DNA of 63,699 bases, the filler included, from an uncultured bacterium (GTDB lineage Bacteria; CAYUVA01), in NCBI GenBank assembly GCA_964448115.1. It is 3 parts of 3 records of this genome, joined end to end, with 100 filler letters (N's around TTAATTAATTAA, not from the genome) between each part and the next. Parts side by side here need not be neighbours in the genome. Positions count along the whole stretch, not along the records: positions 38,682 to 63,699 come from CAYUVA010000055.1; 2 more parts are not named here. One strand, given 5' to 3'. How positions within the stretch are numbered: the stretch's first letter is position 1; each line of letters begins with the position of its first letter. Both the position numbers and the translations under genes were made by a program. The notes under the pieces are model-generated. The model worked only from the letters and a program-made list of their open reading frames with translations. It had not been told where the DNA came from and searched no databases. Positions 58,023 to 63,699 of the stretch are shown here, in pieces.

Positions 58023-60836
58023 CTACTCGACTACCACCAGGTAGGGCCACTCGTGGCTTTCCACACCAGAGCGTACCGCCTTTAGGCTAACCAATAAACT
58101 GGCTGGGTAAGTCGGTCCCAAGGGCGTAACCGGGAATTGATAAACCAGGTTTACAGGATCAACCAAAGGCAGATCTACTCCAAGATAATTGCCCTGGTAA
58201 TACATGCCGACATAGTCGATCCCAAGCCCTAATGGATCTAGGCAGAGCGCCAGCATGGTGAATAATCCACCGCTGGCTGATGTTATTCGGGTATCCATGT
58301 ATCCAGCTAGCTGAATTACCGCCGGCTCAGAGGGGGTCGGTGTAGATGTCGGTGTTGGCGTATTAGTTGCTGTATCGGTAGGTGTATTTGTGTTGGTTGG
58401 TGTAGCTGTGTCGGTTGGAGTTCCGGTAGCGGTAGGAGTCGGGGTCATAGTTGGTGTATCGGTAGGAGTCGGGGTCCTGGTCGCAGTCGGGGTCCTGGTC
58501 GCTGGTGGCACTCCTAGCCATACCCTTAGCACTGGACGATGCTCAGCCTCAAGCCCCTCGCAGGATATGAAGGTTAGCGCACCTTCGCCGCTGCTAGGTT
58601 GCACCTCGCCGAGCCACACACCGAAGTTAGTGTTCTTATCCGCAGTCCATTGATTCACTAAATGGGTTACATCCCATGTGTACCAGCCAGGCATCGAATC
58701 ATCAGTAAAGTCAACAACATCTTCAGCTATGCCGCTTCTATCTATCGGAACGCCGTTTGCACCCCACTGGTTCCAGGGGTCCATTGGATAGTGAGCTGTA
58801 CCCCAAGTAACCTCGCCGATCTCCGCTGCCCGACCCATAGCATCATTAGGATTAGCGCCGATGCCTACCCCCCAGCCACGGTTCATCCTGAAAACAGTCA
58901 ATTGCTTATCAGCATTTATTGGATCGGTAAGGTAAAGCTCAAGGTTGGCTTGCGATACGCTCATCCCGTTTATGCTGTCGATATCGAAGTAAAGAAGCGC
59001 ATTTCGTGCCTTGTTAGCCCCGCCGGGACCGCTTGCATAGAGCAGCTCCTCGTTGCCGGTGTTCCTGGTCGTCTGGTCGGCAACTATATGCGCATCCTTG
59101 GCTTGACTGTAACCATCAAAGCCGTTCTGGAATATGCGCATCACGGTCGGAGTTGGGGTTACGATCGGCGGCTCGGTACAGTAGCCGAAAGCATAGACAT
59201 CGGGCATACCATCCCAGGTGTTTACTATGTCGAATCCACCTGCGCTGTAAGGAGTATCATCCAAGGTTGCCGCAGCGTGCCTGAAAACGCTTATCGGCAG
59301 GTTCGGCTTCTCCTCCCATAGATTGGTTACCGGGTCGTAAACGAAGACCCGGTTAGTGGTATTCTCTATGTAAGTGCCGCCGATCATGCCAGCGATATGC
59401 CAAAACTTGCCATCGCTTATGGTCGAGGCTGCTCCCCACATGGTATAGGGCAGATACATGAATCGAGTCGTATCCATGATCCAGGTGGCGTTCACATCGG
59501 CAAGATCAAGAAACTCGGTCGTATTCGATGGATCGGAGCCGACTATGCCTCCAGCGACCCACAGCTTATTATCATAGGCATACATGCAGTGGAAATAGCG
59601 CGCATAGTTCATATTAGGCAACTGGGTCCAGCCTTTGGTCGCCGGGTCGTACTCGAAGACCTTGTTCTGAGTGGCTCCCGCCTCGGTTCTGCCACCGGAC
59701 ATATACAGCCTTCCATTATAGGAGACAGCCTTATGACCGAATACCGCCGGGATCTCGCCGGGCATAGCTATCGAATCCCAGGTGTCGTCCCCGATATCGT
59801 AAATCTGCATATTGCTCACCGCGGTATTGCCCAGAATATAGATCTTGTCGTCTATCACCGCGGCTGCCGTGTTGGTCAAGGGTTCAGGCACATCGGTGAT
59901 ATAATCCCAGGTATCAGCTAACGGGTCGTAACGCTCCACCTGGGGTACAGGGTCCGAACCGTTGTCCAATCCACCCACGATGTAAAGATAATCATCGTGG
60001 CTTACTAGTGCCGGGTCAAGACGCTTATAGCTCAGGAAGTCCTTCTCTGCCCACCCCCATATAAAGGTCTCCACCAGCACCTCGGCAGATGCCTGGAGCT
60101 TTATCGTATCGCAGGTGGCTACCACCTGTACTGTTGCCGGTAGCGTGTTGGCTGCAGTAATGTCTATGGAGAAGACGAACTCGTTGAGATCAGCCAAAGG
60201 ACCAACCGTGCCGGGACCGCTTACCGGGATATCGGCAATGTAATCGAGGTAAAAGACCTCGGTGCCACCAGTGTAGTTATACAGGGTTAAGTCATGCTGA
60301 AATACAGAGTTTAAACAGACGCTGTATTCTGCCTCAGCCGGCTGCATTAACAGCGCCGGGGGTAGGATCAGATAGACAATGCCATCGAGCTGGTGCGGGG
60401 GTGAACCCCAAGTATCCCCCTCAAGGTACCACTCTACCGGTTCGGTATCCTTAGATAAGCCCGGAATGGTTACATTGACGCAGAAGTAATGATCGCTTTG
60501 ACCATACTGCTCGCCGTAAGAGCCATCGGCATCTATCCAGGTGGCTACATTGGTGCCTGCTCCGCTGGTGTTCCAGTTGTGATCGCCATCATCATTAGGT
60601 CCGGGAAGATCCCACAGAGAGTTCACCGTCCAGCCGCTGGGAAATGTAAACTCCACATAGCTGAGCCACTCTGCATCCTCAGAGTTGTTCCAGACCAGAA
60701 AACAGATGTCAACATCGCCTGGTGCAACGATCTCAGGATCCGGAGTTACGGTAGATCCAGCGATACTTGCATGGGCTAAAGGCGCCCATAAACAAACAAA
60801 TAGAACCAAAAGTGGAATTATTGTCTTGTAGTTCAT
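58023..60836 (-). CDS. Secreted protein: Ig-like domains, Kelch propeller, DNRLRE/CBM96-like domain, PT linker, C-terminal WPYL domain
   Basis: Signal peptide AHA. Kelch motifs LYIVGG..VERYDP..W. DAHI...NTG...ALLYFDI...WDVT. Likely start MNYKT at 60836. Confidence 0.82.
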   Translation of the reverse strand: MNYKTIIPLLVLFVCLWAPLAHASIAGSTVTPDPEIVAPGDVDICFLVWNNSEDAEWLSYVEFTFPSGWTVNSLWDLPGPNDDGDHNWNTSGAGTNVATWIDADGSYGEQYGQSDHYFCVNVTIPGLSKDTEPVEWYLEGDTWGSPPHQLDGIVYLILPPALLMQPAEAEYSVCLNSVFQHDLTLYNYTGGTEVFYLDYIADIPVSGPGTVGPLADLNEFVFSIDITAANTLPATVQVVATCDTIKLQASAEVLVETFIWGWAEKDFLSYKRLDPALVSHDDYLYIVGGLDNGSDPVPQVERYDPLADTWDYITDVPEPLTNTAAAVIDDKIYILGNTAVSNMQIYDIGDDTWDSIAMPGEIPAVFGHKAVSYNGRLYMSGGRTEAGATQNKVFEYDPATKGWTQLPNMNYARYFHCMYAYDNKLWVAGGIVGSDPSNTTEFLDLADVNATWIMDTTRFMYLPYTMWGAASTISDGKFWHIAGMIGGTYIENTTNRVFVYDPVTNLWEEKPNLPISVFRHAAATLDDTPYSAGGFDIVNTWDGMPDVYAFGYCTEPPIVTPTPTVMRIFQNGFDGYSQAKDAHIVADQTTRNTGNEELLYASGPGGANKARNALLYFDIDSINGMSVSQANLELYLTDPINADKQLTVFRMNRGWGVGIGANPNDAMGRAAEIGEVTWGTAHYPMDPWNQWGANGVPIDRSGIAEDVVDFTDDSMPGWYTWDVTHLVNQWTADKNTNFGVWLGEVQPSSGEGALTFISCEGLEAEHRPVLRVWLGVPPATRTPTATRTPTPTDTPTMTPTPTATGTPTDTATPTNTNTPTDTATNTPTPTSTPTPSEPAVIQLAGYMDTRITSASGGLFTMLALCLDPLGLGIDYVGMYYQGNYLGVDLPLVDPVNLVYQFPVTPLGPTYPASLLVSLKAVRSGVESHEWPYLVVVE

Positions 60837-61047
60837 TGAGTTCCCCCTATCGGTACCGGGTTTACTACTTCTCATTCTAAGCCATCCTTTTCTTACATGA
60901 TACAGCTTACATATTAATTATGCAAATCCAATTTCAAAAAAAATTATCTCATCATGCCGCTTGGACTTAAGGCGCATTTTTAGTATGATCAGCCAACAAA
61001 TGATGCAAAAGAAATCAAGTATCGAAAGATCACGGGAGACTTAATCC

Positions 61048-61893
61048 ATGCTGTTAATAACCATCATGAACATCATTATCGACCTTTACATTATCTTCTT
61101 TCTGCTCAAGCTGGCGCTTCCCCGGCGTGATTTCACCTTCAATCCCCTGCTCAATCCCATAGATAAAGCGACCGAGCCGGCTTTGCTTCCCATCAGAAAG
61201 GCGCTTTTAGCTATCGGCTTCAAACGAGATATATCGCCTATCATGGCCATTCTCGTCTTGGTACTTATCCGGGGAGGATTTTATGCCCTAGCCATGAAGA
61301 CGCCAGTTGTCTCAGCGATCAGGATGAGCCTGCTTGGCACCATAACCTTCTTGTTCCAGGCGGTGGTTGTAATGGCGATAATAACTATGCTGGTGCCTAG
61401 ATGGTCAGGCAATCCTATTGTCAATTTCTGCTATCGTGTTGTTGAGCAGCCGATCCGCCTGACCGAGAGCCTGATCGCCTTTTATCGCAAGGCTGCACCG
61501 CTGCTTTTTATTATACTTTTGTTTCTGTGTTACTATATTATTGTTTTTTTGATGAGCTTCGAGCTTCCTTATAGCTCCTTGCGGAATCCAATTGGCATGG
61601 ATAGCGCCAAGACCATTTTTTACCAATCGTTCACCAGGTTAACTGCTATAACGACCTTTTTTGTTGTTGTCATTATCATTCGTGCCCTCATGTCCTGGTT
61701 CAGCCCTGATTATCGTAACCCGTTAGTCTCTGCGCTTATACAGATCACCGATCCCATCCTTGTTCCCTTCAGACGCATTATACCCCTCATCGGGGGAATT
61801 GATATCTCTCCAATCTTTGCTATCATAGTAATAGGTTACCTAGGTAGCTTCCTTAATGAACTCATGCGATACATCCTATTCGGTTGGCCATGA
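61048..61893 (+). CDS. yggT: YggT-family membrane protein with three YggT-like units
   Basis: NPLL..IDKATEP, NPIV..CYRVVEQP, NPLV..LIQITDP...IDISP. Confidence 0.82.
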   Translation: MLLITIMNIIIDLYIIFFLLKLALPRRDFTFNPLLNPIDKATEPALLPIRKALLAIGFKRDISPIMAILVLVLIRGGFYALAMKTPVVSAIRMSLLGTITFLFQAVVVMAIITMLVPRWSGNPIVNFCYRVVEQPIRLTESLIAFYRKAAPLLFIILLFLCYYIIVFLMSFELPYSSLRNPIGMDSAKTIFYQSFTRLTAITTFFVVVIIIRALMSWFSPDYRNPLVSALIQITDPILVPFRRIIPLIGGIDISPIFAIIVIGYLGSFLNELMRYILFGWP

Positions 61894-62219
61894 ATGACAA
61901 GGAATGGATAAAAGAGCAGAAGAACCGCTGGCTTCTCCGAGTACTGGTCAAGCCATTGGCTAAGGCTAATGAGGTGATCGGCATTCAAGGCGGAGCGCTG
62001 AAGGTGAAGATCGCCTCGCTCCCCGCGGAGGGTAGAGCCAACGCCGAGCTTATTAGGTTTTTATCCAAACGACTAAATGTGCCCAAGAGCGACATCAAGA
62101 TCATAGCCGGTACAACCGCAAAGGAGAAGCTGATTATCATCCCCAAGGACGAGCGTTCAATCAGGGAGATACGAGCTGCCCTCCTGAAACGAGAGATAAA
62201 ACAAAAACCAAAGAAGTAA
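61890..62219 (+). CDS. yggU: DUF167/YggU family protein
   Basis: VKPLA..NE, LKVKIASLPAEGRANAELIRFLS. ATGA overlap with the yggT stop. Confidence 0.88.
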   Translation: MNDKEWIKEQKNRWLLRVLVKPLAKANEVIGIQGGALKVKIASLPAEGRANAELIRFLSKRLNVPKSDIKIIAGTTAKEKLIIIPKDERSIREIRAALLKREIKQKPKK

Positions 62220-62292
62220 CCATTGTAATTTGCCTTATATATTATATTTTATTATAAGGAAGGTCGTTGAACAATCCGAACAGGAGATCGAT

Positions 62293-63699
62293 GTGAAAGT
62301 AAATAGGTATATTAACTTTTTCCTATTCTTCATAATTTGCGCTTCATTTTTCATAAGTACTGCACCAAGAAAGGGCATCGCATTACCTTTAGATAGTTCA
62401 TCATCAGGGATGACGGTATCCGACCTCAAATCCACCCCGGACACTACGCCTCCCTACACTACCGACCATGATCCTGCAAGGTTCTCATCGGCAGTTCCTC
62501 GCGATGCAAATATCACCTTCCATGTAAGAGACGATGGCGTTGGGGTCAATATCGAAAGCATCACGCTAACCGTTGAATCGATCAGCATCTTTGAGCTTAC
62601 TATAAGCGGCAGCCCCAACGACTACTCGGTTATGTACAATCCCCCGCAGCTATTTGACTTCGACCAGGTGGTGGATGTGAGTATAGAGGCTTATGACCTG
62701 TGCATGAATGTGATGGATGCCGATACCTACGATTTCACCATTGTTTCAGCGGGCGAGCCGACGCTTACACCGACCCTCACGCCTCCTCCAACGAACACAC
62801 CCACGATGACGCCCTCATTAACACCAACGGTTACCGGCACGATAACTCCCCCGGATGAGGAGCCTCCGCGGGTAGAGAATCTCAAGCCTGAGCCAGGAGC
62901 GACTCAAGTCCCCGCGGATACAAACATCACCTTCCATCTGCTCGATGATGACAGCGGCGTTGATCAATCCACCATCAGGCTCAGGGTGGAGGGATTCCTG
63001 GTAACTCCACAGGTAGCAGGCGATCCGGCTGACTATTATGTTTACTACCAAAGCCCTGATGACTACCCAGAGGGGCAGGTAATCAATGTCAACATCAATG
63101 CAGCGGATCTGGCACAAAACACCATGCCGCCACTCAATTACGCATTCACAATTTACGGTCCAACTGCGACTCCAACCCCGACAGACTTTGTTCCCCCCTA
63201 CACGACCAAGCACAATCCGGCAAGGAATGCCCAGAATGTCCCCGCTCATCAACCTATCACCTTAAAGATCAAGGATGACGGAGTAGGAGTAAACGCATAC
63301 ACCATCCAGATGACCGTGGAGGAGGGATCCGTATCGCCTTACATAGTCGGAACTATAAACGACTATAATGTTTCCTATACGCAACCGGGTGGATTCTCGC
63401 CGCTGCAAGTAGTCAATGTAACCGTTGATGCAGCCGATTATGCGGGAAACGAGATGGAGACCGATGCCTACTCGTTCACTATCTGGCCATATACGCCGAC
63501 TCCCACGCCTATCGATACTGATCCCCCTTATGCTTACGATCATCATCCCCAGCCTGGCGAGGAAGGGGTGATGCCGGATACATTTATCTCATTCTTGCTT
63601 GCCGATGATGGAGTGGGTGTCGATTACAACAGCATCATCCTGGTAGTTGATGACCAGGAGGTAACCAAGGCGATCAGCGGATCTCCCTCGCTCTACTCG
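62293..63699 (+). CDS. Secreted Ig-repeat/PT-linker protein, 3'-truncated; absent from the ORF track because there is no stop in the window
   Basis: AGGAG RBS and GTG start give MKVNRYINFFLFFIICASFFISTA...DTTPPYTTDHDP...ITFHVRDDGVGV. Four Big_5-like repeats separated by PT linkers, similar to those in 54819-57869. Confidence 0.85.
   Translation, partial: MKVNRYINFFLFFIICASFFISTAPRKGIALPLDSSSSGMTVSDLKSTPDTTPPYTTDHDPARFSSAVPRDANITFHVRDDGVGVNIESITLTVESISIFELTISGSPNDYSVMYNPPQLFDFDQVVDVSIEAYDLCMNVMDADTYDFTIVSAGEPTLTPTLTPPPTNTPTMTPSLTPTVTGTITPPDEEPPRVENLKPEPGATQVPADTNITFHLLDDDSGVDQSTIRLRVEGFLVTPQVAGDPADYYVYYQSPDDYPEGQVINVNINAADLAQNTMPPLNYAFTIYGPTATPTPTDFVPPYTTKHNPARNAQNVPAHQPITLKIKDDGVGVNAYTIQMTVEEGSVSPYIVGTINDYNVSYTQPGGFSPLQVVNVTVDAADYAGNEMETDAYSFTIWPYTPTPTPIDTDPPYAYDHHPQPGEEGVMPDTFISFLLADDGVGVDYNSIILVVDDQEVTKAISGSPSLYS

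Noticed and set aside
31038-59921. Long antisense ORFs inside real genes (e.g. 31038-31736, 50996-51535, 58662-59321)
   Set aside because: They fully overlap well-supported opposite-strand genes and show no recognisable motifs.
62235-63546. Minus-strand ORFs 62235-62444, 62818-63252 and 63262-63546
   Set aside because: They are antisense shadows of the real plus-strand gene starting at 62293.

Overview
This 63.7 kb window is not one continuous locus. It holds three contigs joined by artificial 100-bp linkers (N44-TTAATTAATTAA-N44 at 7115-7214 and 38582-38681), plus two internal N gaps (2721-2730, 27944-28043). It looks like a draft or metagenome-assembled genome of a diderm bacterium (lpxA, lpxD, skp, a TonB-dependent receptor, a GspN-like gene). 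Housekeeping and metabolic genes include galK, rdgB, thiD, fmt, rsmB, pepC, a DacA-like carboxypeptidase, yggT/yggU, an iron-containing alcohol dehydrogenase and a class III aminotransferase. A clear cobalamin riboswitch precedes a btuB-like/lipoprotein pair. There are three GT-C-like membrane glycosyltransferases and many large secreted modular proteins with Pro/Thr linkers. The best leads are: (1) two unrelated secreted proteins end in the same ~100-aa domain (IxxAGYMxTR...YYQG...WPYLxV-stop) after a PT linker, a candidate sorting or anchoring signal; (2) an IPTL-CTERM-like transmembrane hairpin sits inside a secreted protein and appears to split an Ig-like domain; (3) a ~360-nt non-coding, strand-biased CUGA/GAUG array lies between padR and an SCP2 gene, a candidate sponge-type RNA; (4) two identical parS-like sites occur on different contigs, each with a related palindrome nearby; (5) a patchwork of REP-like units is enclosed by 49-bp inverted repeats. 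All family assignments come from motif recognition by eye; no database searches were run.
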